Below are positions 15,148-23,800 of a stretch of DNA of 27,363 nucleotides, one piece after another. The notes under the pieces are model-generated. The model was not told the DNA's origin. It saw nothing but the letters and a program-made list of their open reading frames with translations, and did not search any database. The position numbers and the translations under genes are program-made. The stretch comes from a virus (lineage: Duplodnaviria > Caudoviricetes), in the IMG/VR virus record IMGVR_UViG_3300028588_000077, positions 1-27,363 of that record, one strand, 5' to 3'. The number at the start of each line of letters is the position of its first letter. Positions within the stretch are counted from its first letter, which is position 1.

Positions 15148-17135
15148 TGCCTTCCCACGGGCCGGCGCGGCCTGCTGGGTGTCGGGGCGGGTGTCGTCGG
15201 TGGCGTCCATGGTTCGGTTCTCGTTTTCTCTACTGGGGTGGGTGCTGCTGATACGGTCGGCGCCGGCGTCGGGATTGGTTCGCCGCCGGGCGCTGGCGGC
15301 TGTTCGAACAGGTCAGGGGTATCGGGGTCGACGAAGTCGCGCAAGGCCTTCCATTGCGCCGACGTCTTCTTGTGCAGGCCCAGGTACTGGGCGCAGGCCA
15401 AGCCGTACACCATCAGGTCGCCCGCCTCGTTGCGGTCGCTTTTTTTCTTTTCCCAGATGCGCACCTTGCGCCCGCGCTTGAACACGGTGACGCAGTACTC
15501 GGCCGTCAGCTGTTGGTAGTACTCGGTGGGCAAGTCGCTCGGGAAGTGAATGGCGCCAGGGCCGCTGGTCAGGTGGTAGCGCGCGGCTAAGTAGTCCTTC
15601 GCCGTATCGGTACCGATCAGCCACAGCTTGGCGCCATGGGGCATGACCTTGCCCTGCCAGTTCACATCGACCAGCGAGGGTTTCGTGCCGAGGATCGGCT
15701 TGTTCGGCGTCGAGTGACCCTTGATGGCGTAGACGTGTCGGTGCTGGCGGGTGCGCGTGAAGTTGTACACGTCGTGCGTATTGGCGCCACCCGAGTCGAT
15801 CAGCGTTGCGGCAATCGACAGCATGCGGCCACCGGCGTGGCGGTACCGCCCCAGCAGCGCTTCGTCGAGTTTGTCCTGGGTGGCTTGATCGGACGGCGAG
15901 CCCATGATCACCTGGTAGTCGATCACCCACTCTTCCATGCCTTCGCCCCAGGCCAACACCTTCAGCTCGAAGCGGTCCGGCTGCGTGTCGACGCTGCCGG
16001 TCAGGACCAGGCCGCCCTTCGGCACCGTGCCCATCTTGTAGGCCTCGGCGCGGGCCTGCAGTTCGCCGGCCTTGGTCTGTTCTTTCTTGCGTTCCCAGCA
16101 CCGCGCTAGGCGCGTGTTGTAGAACGTGATCATCAGCTCTTCGCTGCCCTCGTCGAGCTTGGCCCGGGCTGCGCGGTACTCGCGCAGAAGGGCAATCCAG
16201 GTCAGCCAGCCGTAGGGGGCAAACATCGCGTTGATTGTAAAGCTGACGGTCTCGCCATCACCGGGCACGCCGTCCGACCACAGGCCGTTCGCGAACATGC
16301 GGTTCTTGTCGGTCTCGACCATGAAGGCGCCACAGTCGACGCAGGGGTAGATGGCCTGGCCATCGTCGTCCTGTTGTAGACGCTCGAACACCAGGGGCTG
16401 TGCGTGGCCGCAATGTACGCACTCGGCCAGCGCCTCCTGCTGAGTGCCCTGGAGGTACAGCGATTCGATGATCGACTGCCCGGTGATCGTAGGCGAGCTG
16501 GGGAAGTAGCTCTTGCGGTTGCGCTCGAAGGAGGTCTGGCGCGCCTTGGCCAGCGCGACTGGGTCACCCTCGCCATTAACGTTCGCCTCGGCACGGTCGA
16601 CCTCGTCGAACAGCACCCGCCGCGCCGGGATCTCGGAAAGGTTTGCGGCGGCGCCGGCGGTGACGATATGCAGCGAACCGCCGATGTATTCCTTAGTGTC
16701 GAGCGTGTTGACCGAGTCGCGCGAGCGCGGCGCCGCCACGCGCTCGCGCACCTCCGGTACCGCGGCGATGGTCTTGCTCACCCGCGCGCTCGTACGCTTG
16801 GCCAGCTTCCCGGTTGGCAAAATCCACAGGAAGTTCGATGGCGACTGGTGCACCGTCGAGCAAAACCAGTTCAAGCCAACCTGGGTCTTAAGCATCTGCG
16901 ACGCGCCCATCAGCGCGACCGTCTTGCAAGGGTGCGTGTCGGACAGGGCCACCATCACCTCGCGTGCATGCGGCGTCCGGCTGGTGCGGTACTTGCCCGA
17001 CTCGTTCGCACCAGACTCTTTCGGGATGATCATGTAGCAGTCAGCCCAGGCGTCGACCATCATGTTCGGATCCGGCATCAGGCCGCGCGCGAACGCCGGC
17101 CTGACGATTCCGGCTGCAGGAGCGAGACCCATCAT
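15141..17135 (-). CDS. terL: Terminase large subunit, lambda GpA family
   Basis: YRTSRTPH, ASQMLKT (Walker A-like), VLFDEVD, SSPT, CxxC...CxxC, VDTQ, IDSGG, RNEAGDLMVY. Confidence 0.95.
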   Translation of the reverse strand: MMGLAPAAGIVRPAFARGLMPDPNMMVDAWADCYMIIPKESGANESGKYRTSRTPHAREVMVALSDTHPCKTVALMGASQMLKTQVGLNWFCSTVHQSPSNFLWILPTGKLAKRTSARVSKTIAAVPEVRERVAAPRSRDSVNTLDTKEYIGGSLHIVTAGAAANLSEIPARRVLFDEVDRAEANVNGEGDPVALAKARQTSFERNRKSYFPSSPTITGQSIIESLYLQGTQQEALAECVHCGHAQPLVFERLQQDDDGQAIYPCVDCGAFMVETDKNRMFANGLWSDGVPGDGETVSFTINAMFAPYGWLTWIALLREYRAARAKLDEGSEELMITFYNTRLARCWERKKEQTKAGELQARAEAYKMGTVPKGGLVLTGSVDTQPDRFELKVLAWGEGMEEWVIDYQVIMGSPSDQATQDKLDEALLGRYRHAGGRMLSIAATLIDSGGANTHDVYNFTRTRQHRHVYAIKGHSTPNKPILGTKPSLVDVNWQGKVMPHGAKLWLIGTDTAKDYLAARYHLTSGPGAIHFPSDLPTEYYQQLTAEYCVTVFKRGRKVRIWEKKKSDRNEAGDLMVYGLACAQYLGLHKKTSAQWKALRDFVDPDTPDLFEQPPAPGGEPIPTPAPTVSAAPTPVEKTRTEPWTPPTTPAPTPSRPRRPVGRQW

Positions 17136-17698
17136 TCGATCGCGTCCTCGATTTGAACCGCCAGCTTCTCCTCAAACGAATGCACCAGGCTTTCGAGCAG
17201 CGCGCGGTGCTCGCGGTCGATGATGGCCTCGCACGCATCGGCGCTGGCCAGCGGCGCTACGTCCGCGGCAATCCGCCGCGCGCAATTCATCAAGCCATCG
17301 CGCAACGCACGCGCAGCCTCGAACACGGCCGAGTCGACGTCGCTCTTGACCAGGAACTGCCCGGCCAGCTCGGCCAGCTTGAACTCGGCGACCGTCGCCT
17401 CCGCCGCCTCCCGCCGCGCCCGGCTCGAATCGTAGCCCGGGATCTTGGCTGGCGGTTCCGTACCTCCGGCACCTCCCGCACCCGCCGCGCCCGAAGGCAG
17501 CACCCCATTTGCCAAGGGGTCAGGGCGGTTGCCGTTCACGCGCTGGCGGGTGTTGCGGCGGTACAGGTGCGTCGCATACTCAGGGTCGACCTTGCCATCG
17601 GTGACCGGGATCTCGCAGCGGTCGACCGCGGCATACCCCGACTGGCGGGAGATCCCAAGTTGCTTGGCCCACTCGGCAATGGTTGTCAGGTTCGGCAT
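17132..17698 (-). CDS. terS: Terminase small subunit (Nu1-like)
   Basis: N-terminal wHTH (TIAEWAKQLGISRQS), SRARREAAEA coiled coil; ATGA coupling to terL. Confidence 0.85.
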   Translation of the reverse strand: MPNLTTIAEWAKQLGISRQSGYAAVDRCEIPVTDGKVDPEYATHLYRRNTRQRVNGNRPDPLANGVLPSGAAGAGGAGGTEPPAKIPGYDSSRARREAAEATVAEFKLAELAGQFLVKSDVDSAVFEAARALRDGLMNCARRIAADVAPLASADACEAIIDREHRALLESLVHSFEEKLAVQIEDAIE

Positions 17699-17825
17699 GT
17701 GTTTCGGTACGTTGTCAGGATGTTTGTCAGGAAATGTTTTGGGGTTCCGCTAGTGCGAAGACGGGGCCTGAATTACCCTTGCCTGCTATAGGCTGGGAAG
17801 AACCTAGACCCCCGGGGGGTACCCC
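17683..17825 (-). other. Putative cos packaging region
   Basis: Just upstream of terS: cosQ-like GGTTCTTCC on the minus strand, dyad GCCT-N5-AGGC (17781-17793), three TTGTCAGG direct repeats (17683, 17712, 17724). Confidence 0.55.
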
Positions 17826-18580
17826 TACGTCAGCCCCGCCTCGGCCATCGCCTTGGCGAACCCCTCCGCGAAGTGCACCGGGAAGCGCTCATTGACCGTC
17901 TCGGTGGCCACCTGGAAGAAACGCAGGCGCGACTTGTACTGCGTCTGCTGGACGAACACCAGCACCGGGCGGATGGCCGTGCCGTGGCCGAAGCGTCGCT
18001 TCAGGTAGATCCCTGGCGGCAGGCCTTTGTTGCCCTCGGGCAGAGCGAAGTAGGTCACACCCTGCTTCGCGATCGCCTTGTTCGACTTGGCGCTGCCGGT
18101 AGCGCGCGACTCGTAGCCCGCACCATGCTGGACCTTCAGCTGCGAAAGAATCTGCCTGATCTGGCCACGCTTCATGTTGCCGTTGCCGTCCAGCTGGGCG
18201 CCGGCGGCAGGCACCGCATACCAGCCCTGCGGCATCATCCCCGCACCCTGGAGCATCCGCTCCATGCCCTTGTTGCCGCGGCCACCGCCGAAGATGTTCG
18301 GCAGCAGGAAGCGGTCTGCTGGCGTGCCTTTGCCAAACGGGTTGTCCTTGACCCACAGACGCGCCTCGAGGTTGTTCTTGTTCGCGGCCTTGATGAACGT
18401 GCCGTTGAGCGCGTACGCGGTTGGCCGGTCCAAGGTGCTCTGCATCTCACTCTTGAACGCGGCCTGGCCATCCTTGATCGAGCGGGTCAGCGCGGTGGCC
18501 GCGACATACGGACCCTTGCCGCCCAGGGCGGTAAGGCGGGCGCCGATATCGGCGAAGTTCGAACGGATATCAATTCTCAT
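17825..18580 (-). CDS. Basic gpZ/HK97-gp10-like tail completion protein
   Basis: ATALTRS...LDRPTAYALN...YKSRLRFFQVA pattern; start MRIDIRSN has a GAGGA SD. Confidence 0.6.
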   Translation of the reverse strand: MRIDIRSNFADIGARLTALGGKGPYVAATALTRSIKDGQAAFKSEMQSTLDRPTAYALNGTFIKAANKNNLEARLWVKDNPFGKGTPADRFLLPNIFGGGRGNKGMERMLQGAGMMPQGWYAVPAAGAQLDGNGNMKRGQIRQILSQLKVQHGAGYESRATGSAKSNKAIAKQGVTYFALPEGNKGLPPGIYLKRRFGHGTAIRPVLVFVQQTQYKSRLRFFQVATETVNERFPVHFAEGFAKAMAEAGLT

Positions 18581-18619
18581 CTTTTCCTCTTCAATGCCGG
18601 GTTTTCCGGCTTCTCGTTC

Positions 18620-18844
18620 AACCCTGCACATCTGGAACCCGCATGGATACTGATTCTTAGCAGGGTGTGTACACTTGCAGGGTCGTTTTGAATATGGCTG
18701 TGAAAAACAAGCTCAGCAGTACAGCTACAACTGTTCGCACATACGTGCGCAAAACCCGGCAAACCCTGCATACCCTGCTGAAACCCACTATCCATGCGGC
18801 TTCCAGATGTGCAGGGTTTACATGCAACCCTGCTCAACCCTGCA
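18620..18844. repeat. Iteron array (ACCCTGC) with 30-bp inverted repeat; putative replication origin
   Basis: IR 18620-18649 / 18789-18818 with 1 mismatch; ACCCTGC at 18621, 18763, 18772, 18827, 18837 (+) and 18660, 18677, 18811 (-); variant ACCCGGC at 18754. Confidence 0.8.
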
Positions 18845-21575
18845 ATGCTCGGTCCGCACGGACGTCGCCCAGCTTCCTGAACTTGGCGATCTGCTCCTCC
18901 AACCCGTCCGGATAGTCCGGGTTGTCGACGACGAACACCATCCTCGATTTCTTGTGCTTGCTTTCGACGGCCACGGCCTTCTTGGCCTTGTGCTCGCGCC
19001 CACCCATCAAGCCGGCGAACTTGCACAGCGTGAGGGGTTTCTCCCCGCTCTTGTCGCACCACCGCTTGTAGATGATGTAGAGGTCTTCGGACAGGCAGGA
19101 GCAGTACGGCGCATCCAGATACCCATCCTTCCAGGCGCGATGGAAGCTCATCCAGCCGGCCAGGCCGAACTCGATCACACGCTCCTTAGCCAGTGTCATC
19201 GGCGGCTTTGTGTGCTCGTTGAAGTCGTCCAGGGGTAGCGTCAACAGGAAGTCGTAGAACGCCTCGATCCCGCCCTGGGCGATGGACTGCTGCACGGCCG
19301 CATAGAAGGCCGGATCCTGTTTGCGCCTAGCCTCGATCACCATGAAGCGCCGGTCCTCCAGCTCGATCGGGATCGGCTGCGGCTCATTCGACAGAAACAC
19401 CGAATTCATGTGGTTGCGCTCGTCGCGCTCCGGCAGGTTCTTCTGGTTGATGCTCATCGACTTGCCGGTGATCATGTACTTCAATGTGCCGTTGTGGCTG
19501 TACTTGTCGTCACGCGACAGCACCTCCTCGAACAGCACGAATAGCTTGCGGCTGCGCCAGGCCGTGAACGTCGAGTCCAGTTGGTGTTGGCTGGCCACGG
19601 TTCCGTAGTCGCCGTACACCGGCAGCATCACGTCCTGGAAGAACAGCGACTTGCCAGTGCCCTGCTTCTCGCCGAACATCAGCAGCGCGGTTTGCATCTT
19701 GGCGCCGGGGTGCTGGAGGGGATAGGCCAGCCAGCGCAGGATCCACTCCACGCATTCGGCCGTCTTGTCTTCGGCGTCGCACAGCGACGCAAGGAGCGCG
19801 AGGATCGGCTTGATCAGTTCCGCGTTGTGCTTCGCCTGCAGTGGCCAGCCCAGGAAGATGTTCACGTGGCTGACCGGGTCCGCGGTCTGGGTGGGATCGA
19901 ATACCAGGTTGCGCGCCTCGATGGTCTTGCGCTGCGCATGCTCCTGCCATTTGCCGGTGAGCTCGGCGGTGTAATCCGCGCGCACGGCGCCCAGCGACAT
20001 CACCTGCTGGCCGATGGCGTCCCATACCGTTTCGGTACCGCGCAGGAGCGTGAGGTTGTCGAGCATCTCACCCAGCTTGCCGCCGCCAGCGCCGCCCTCG
20101 ACGGCACGGCCGCCCACGAGGGTAGGCAGGGAGTCGCGCAGGATGGTGCGCCGCTTCGGGTCTTTCTCCCAGCTGGCGGCCAGTTCCTTCCCAACCCACG
20201 CAGTGAAGGCCGATTTCTTGAGCCGCTGGCGACGCAAACTGTCCCATACGTCGGTAGTGGGATAAATCAGGCTAAAGTGAGACAGCAGCACTTCGAGCGT
20301 TGGCACGCGAATGGCAGCGGCCACATCACCGAGCTCGGCAGGCTCGGGCGCGGCACTTGGTGCTGGCGTCTCGTCGAGGTAGCTCGGGACGTCGTCGATG
20401 ATCTCTGGTGCCGCGTGCGGCGCCTCGCTTGCACTGAGGGCGCGGGAGCGCGCAGCCTGTACCTGGTCGCGCACAGTGGCCAGTGATTCGGCCAGGTACA
20501 GGTCGTTGAAGTCCGACCACTTGTCGTCGACGCGATCGACGAACACCGGCGATACGACGGAGGCGTTGCCAACCACGCGCGCAGCGGCCCGAGAGCGCGA
20601 GAGGCCAGCATTCTCGAACTTGCGGATCGACACCTGGCGACCGGCGCGAATATCGGCCTCGATGTAATCGGTGCCAGTGCCGTCCTTGCGCCAGGTAGCG
20701 CGCACGCGCACGATGTCGCCGCCCTTCGATTCGATTTCATGGTCAGCGCCGTCGATGACGGGCAACCACTCAGCGTCGAAGTCGGCCAGCAACGCCTCGG
20801 CCAGGCGCGGTACGAGACGCATGTCGTCGTCGGCTAGGAACAGCAAGTGGGCGGCTGGGAAATCGCGGCGCAGCTGCTGCGCTACCGCCAGCAGGTTGCC
20901 GGCGTTGAAGGCGACCATCGTCGGCGTGTCGAAGTCGGTGGCCATGCGCACGGTTTCGCACGTGGCATAGCCCTCGCCAATTTCGATAAGGGGCGTGAGA
21001 TCGTTGGCGGTACCGAGCAGGCAGCAGGCACCGACCATATCGGCGCCCATGCTGAAGCGCTTCGACCCATCAGGCTCGATTCGTTGCAGCGCTGCGAGCG
21101 TGGCGCCAGCGCGGGTGTATTTCCGGGCAGGCACCAGCAGCTGGCCACTGGCCATGACGCGCGTACCCTCAGTGCCAACGCGTTTGCGCTCGAGGTAGCC
21201 GTGTGGCGCCTCTGCAGCGGAGCGCCAGTCGATGCGCGCACGGTTCGCAGCCAGCTCAGCAGCACGTGCCTTGCGCTCGTCCGACAGGCGCTGTTGCTCT
21301 GCCTGCTTGCGCTCGGCTTCTGCGCGCTCGGCTGGCGTAACGCCTTCCCAATCAATAGTCACCGGCACCGCGTTCTGGTCTTGGCCTTGCCAGATGCCAT
21401 AGGCGCCGGTGACGACCTGACGACCACTACTGAGGGTCAGCTCGCGCAGCACGTACCATGCCTTTTTGCCGCGGCCGAAGCGGTGGATCTTCCCGTCGAG
21501 GAGAGGATGTCCAACCGGCAGCGATGGCAAGCCCGAGCCGGTCATCTGGTCGATGACTTGTTCAAGCGTTGCCAT
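18834..21575 (-). CDS. Primase-helicase (Toprim plus DUF5906-like SF3 helicase; P4-alpha-like)
   Basis: DGKIHRF, EGYAT, VAFNAGNL, ADDD and DFNDL (Toprim); GEKQGTGKS Walker A, VLFEE Walker B, EDRRF. Confidence 0.92.
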   Translation of the reverse strand: MATLEQVIDQMTGSGLPSLPVGHPLLDGKIHRFGRGKKAWYVLRELTLSSGRQVVTGAYGIWQGQDQNAVPVTIDWEGVTPAERAEAERKQAEQQRLSDERKARAAELAANRARIDWRSAAEAPHGYLERKRVGTEGTRVMASGQLLVPARKYTRAGATLAALQRIEPDGSKRFSMGADMVGACCLLGTANDLTPLIEIGEGYATCETVRMATDFDTPTMVAFNAGNLLAVAQQLRRDFPAAHLLFLADDDMRLVPRLAEALLADFDAEWLPVIDGADHEIESKGGDIVRVRATWRKDGTGTDYIEADIRAGRQVSIRKFENAGLSRSRAAARVVGNASVVSPVFVDRVDDKWSDFNDLYLAESLATVRDQVQAARSRALSASEAPHAAPEIIDDVPSYLDETPAPSAAPEPAELGDVAAAIRVPTLEVLLSHFSLIYPTTDVWDSLRRQRLKKSAFTAWVGKELAASWEKDPKRRTILRDSLPTLVGGRAVEGGAGGGKLGEMLDNLTLLRGTETVWDAIGQQVMSLGAVRADYTAELTGKWQEHAQRKTIEARNLVFDPTQTADPVSHVNIFLGWPLQAKHNAELIKPILALLASLCDAEDKTAECVEWILRWLAYPLQHPGAKMQTALLMFGEKQGTGKSLFFQDVMLPVYGDYGTVASQHQLDSTFTAWRSRKLFVLFEEVLSRDDKYSHNGTLKYMITGKSMSINQKNLPERDERNHMNSVFLSNEPQPIPIELEDRRFMVIEARRKQDPAFYAAVQQSIAQGGIEAFYDFLLTLPLDDFNEHTKPPMTLAKERVIEFGLAGWMSFHRAWKDGYLDAPYCSCLSEDLYIIYKRWCDKSGEKPLTLCKFAGLMGGREHKAKKAVAVESKHKKSRMVFVVDNPDYPDGLEEQIAKFRKLGDVRADRALQG

Positions 21576-21807
21576 TGCCGGCCTTTTCGTTCAGGACTTC
21601 AAGCAGCAGGCCCTGGTAGTGGGCCAAGGCGCGAAGGCGCTCCAGCTCAGTATTGATGGGTGCGCGGTCACGATGACGACGATCAAGCGGTTTCCTGGTC
21701 GTATCGTGTGGACGGTCGATTTCGGTTGGAATAATCTTTAGCGGGGCGTTATTGAACATACGGCTTTGGCTCGGCGATTGCTGGGGATGGATGCTTTGCG
21801 CCGACAT
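21562..21807 (-). CDS. Hypothetical protein (81 aa)
   Basis: TGATG coupling to cII; overlaps the primase start. Confidence 0.65.
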   Translation of the reverse strand: MSAQSIHPQQSPSQSRMFNNAPLKIIPTEIDRPHDTTRKPLDRRHRDRAPINTELERLRALAHYQGLLLEVLNEKAGNGNA

Positions 21808-22250
21808 CAGTTATCTGCCATTCCTTCGAAACGCGCGACGATGCCTTCCAAGGCGCGTTCCGCTCGCTTTACTGCATTACGCACGCGGATAACTTCGGCG
21901 CGGTCGATTTTTCCATCAGCGAGCGCTTGGTTGATCTCAGCGCCCACCTCCCCGTTCGTCTGCCAGACCTTGGCCACCATTTCCAGCAGGGCCATATCGC
22001 TCGCCTCAGCGCTGTCCTCGATACGCACGCAGACGTAGCCATGGTTTTGCGCAAAGGCATGCACCATGCGGTGGTCGCCGGTAATGCCGCAGATACGGTC
22101 CGCCTCGTCGAACGTAGGCTTATTGGTCGTGCTGTGCACGTTCGCTTTGTTGCGCAGGACCTGGGCGGACATTCCCAAGCGAACAGCAAGAGCCTCGCAA
22201 CCGCCAACAGCGCCATGCACTGTCTGGTAAAAAGCGTCGAGGAGGTTCAT
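21807..22250 (-). CDS. cII: Phage regulatory protein CII family (CP76-like)
   Basis: GGCEALAVRLGMSAQVLRNKAN...GEVGAEINQALADGKID; position downstream of cro. Confidence 0.85.
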   Translation of the reverse strand: MNLLDAFYQTVHGAVGGCEALAVRLGMSAQVLRNKANVHSTTNKPTFDEADRICGITGDHRMVHAFAQNHGYVCVRIEDSAEASDMALLEMVAKVWQTNGEVGAEINQALADGKIDRAEVIRVRNAVKRAERALEGIVARFEGMADN

Positions 22251-22329
22251 GTGAAATGCCCTTCAAAAAATGGTTCAAAAATTAACTCTTGGACATAGAC
22301 TTCTGGAAACAAAACAGAGGCCACTATCC

Positions 22330-22590
22330 ATGCGTACCCGACTAACTAATCTCGAAAACGCCCACCGGGCCCTCGCTGCCCAACACACTGCCCCTCTGGA
22401 GGTATGCCGTGTGCTGTTGCCGCTCATTCCGGCGGCGACTTCATCTATCCAGAGCGCCTTGGTTGCTGCATACGACCATTGCAATGCCCACATGGACGAA
22501 AGCCAGATGGACGACGAATTCCAAGCCATGCTGCGAAAGTGGCTAGACGTCCTATCGAGCGAGGTGCTGGCGGGACGTACGTCTCTGTGA
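22330..22590 (+). CDS. Hypothetical protein (86 aa) between cII and cro on the opposite strand
   Basis: GAGG SD upstream of ATG 22330; fills an otherwise empty gap; helical-looking sequence. Confidence 0.55.
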   Translation: MRTRLTNLENAHRALAAQHTAPLEVCRVLLPLIPAATSSIQSALVAAYDHCNAHMDESQMDDEFQAMLRKWLDVLSSEVLAGRTSL

Positions 22591-22607
22591 AGCCTGGTGG
22601 CGTGCGC

Positions 22608-22895
22608 TCAGTCATGGCCAGCATCAGAGCCAGTGCAGGATGGCGAACTCACGTCATCTTTGCGTCGACCGCCTGAATGGCCGAGTTCCGGCCAGATTGA
22701 CAGCCAGCGGTCGGGGAACATCTCTTTTCTCGTGACCTGGCCACCGGTGGCCTTCTCAATCGGTGCCCCATATTCGATCGGAACGGGCCTCGTTCCCTTG
22801 GCCCATCGACTGATGTCTGGAGCATGAGCGCCAATGGCCGCCGCCAGCAAAGCCTGACGACCACGCTTTTCCCGAAGGTATTGAGCTAAGTTCAT
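22608..22895 (-). CDS. cro: Cro-like HTH regulator (YdaS family)
   Basis: QALLAAAIG...ISRWAKGTRPVP...IEKATGGQVTRKEMFPD..IWPEL; divergent from cI. Confidence 0.9.
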   Translation of the reverse strand: MNLAQYLREKRGRQALLAAAIGAHAPDISRWAKGTRPVPIEYGAPIEKATGGQVTRKEMFPDRWLSIWPELGHSGGRRKDDVSSPSCTGSDAGHD

Positions 22896-22901
22896 GGCGT
22901 C

Positions 22902-22930
22902 AGATTAGCCTAAAGCTAATGAACATGCAA
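22902..22930 (-). promoter_or_regulatory. PR-like promoter TTGCAT-17-TAATCT (cro probably leaderless)
   Basis: -35 at 22925-22930, -10 at 22902-22907, 6 nt to the ATG; an operator lies in the spacer. Confidence 0.75.
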
Positions 22931-22976
22931 GCAAAAGTTAGCCTTAGGCGAATTTACTATTTTAGCCATCGGCTAA
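22905..22976. promoter_or_regulatory. Three OR-like operators TTAGCC-N3-GGCTAA
   Basis: 22905-22919 TTAGCCTAAAGCTAA, 22938-22952 TTAGCCTTAGGCGAA, 22962-22976 TTAGCCATCGGCTAA. Confidence 0.9.
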
Positions 22977-22981
22977 ATAAT
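22953..22981 (+). promoter_or_regulatory. PRM-like promoter TTTACT-17-AATAAT (cI probably leaderless)
   Basis: -35 at 22953-22958, -10 at 22976-22981, 6 nt to ATG 22988. Confidence 0.65.
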
Positions 22982-22987
22982 GGACAG

Positions 22988-23695
22988 ATGAACACTATTG
23001 AACATATCCATCGGGAAAATTTGCAGACTCTCGCGCGGGAGTTTGGCGGAGTAGCCGCAGTTGCGGCGAAGATTGGCTGCAGCTCCTCTCAATACAGCCA
23101 GTGGATGAACGGCTCCGAGAACTCAGGTACGGGAAAACCCCGCGGGATGCGGCCTGCTTCTGCGAGGAGAATTGAGAAGGCAACTGGAAAGCCGACTGGG
23201 TGGATGGACCAACTCCACCGCGTCGAAGCGCAAGGCGATGTTCAGCCGTTCGACGAAAACGTTAAGCCGGCACCCATTGGAGCTCGTCCGATTCCTGTTA
23301 TTTCGTCGGTACAAGCAGGCGCACTGGCCGATATGGAAAATCCATACCCCCCAGGCGCTGGCTATGCGTACGAATATTCAGATCAAGATTTGTCCGCCTG
23401 GGCATTCGCATTGGACGTAGAAGGAACTTCAATGATGCCGGAGTTTCGACCTGGAGACCGGATTATCGTCGACCCAGAGATTTCTCCGAATCCGGGAGAT
23501 TTTGTTGTTGCGAAAAACGGAAGTGCCCAGGCGACTTTCAAAAAGTATCGCCCTCGCGGTATAGATGCCAAAGGTAACGAACTCTTCGAACTTGTCCCAT
23601 TAAATGATGATTATGCATCCCTGCGGAGCGACGACCATAAACTTGTCGTGATCGGCGTAATGACAGAGCATCGAAAAAAATACCGCCGAAATTGA
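22988..23695 (+). CDS. cI: CI-like repressor (HTH plus S24 peptidase)
   Basis: N-terminal HTH, VQAG cleavage site, VEGTSM catalytic Ser, ATFKKY catalytic Lys; start moved to MNTIEH because the upstream extension overlies the operators. Confidence 0.93.
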   Translation: MNTIEHIHRENLQTLAREFGGVAAVAAKIGCSSSQYSQWMNGSENSGTGKPRGMRPASARRIEKATGKPTGWMDQLHRVEAQGDVQPFDENVKPAPIGARPIPVISSVQAGALADMENPYPPGAGYAYEYSDQDLSAWAFALDVEGTSMMPEFRPGDRIIVDPEISPNPGDFVVAKNGSAQATFKKYRPRGIDAKGNELFELVPLNDDYASLRSDDHKLVVIGVMTEHRKKYRRN

Positions 23696-23800
23696 TTCAG
23701 AGACGAGAGAGCCGCGGGCTACGTTGTTCGCTCAGATTCCGCCGCAGAGCACGGCCATACGGGGCGGCACCGACAGATGGGTTACTAAAGAGGAGAGACA

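Noticed and set aside
18620-18818. Inverted repeat considered as a MITE, IS ends or CRISPR array
   Set aside because: No transposase, no evident target duplication and no regular repeat-spacer period; iterons extend beyond the IR
22275-22529. 84-aa minus-strand ORF between cro and cII
   Set aside because: No convincing SD; the opposite-strand ORF has the better start context, though neither is proven
22919-22987. N-terminal extension of CI in the ORF track
   Set aside because: Overlies the operators and the PRM-like promoter; ATG 22988 fits better
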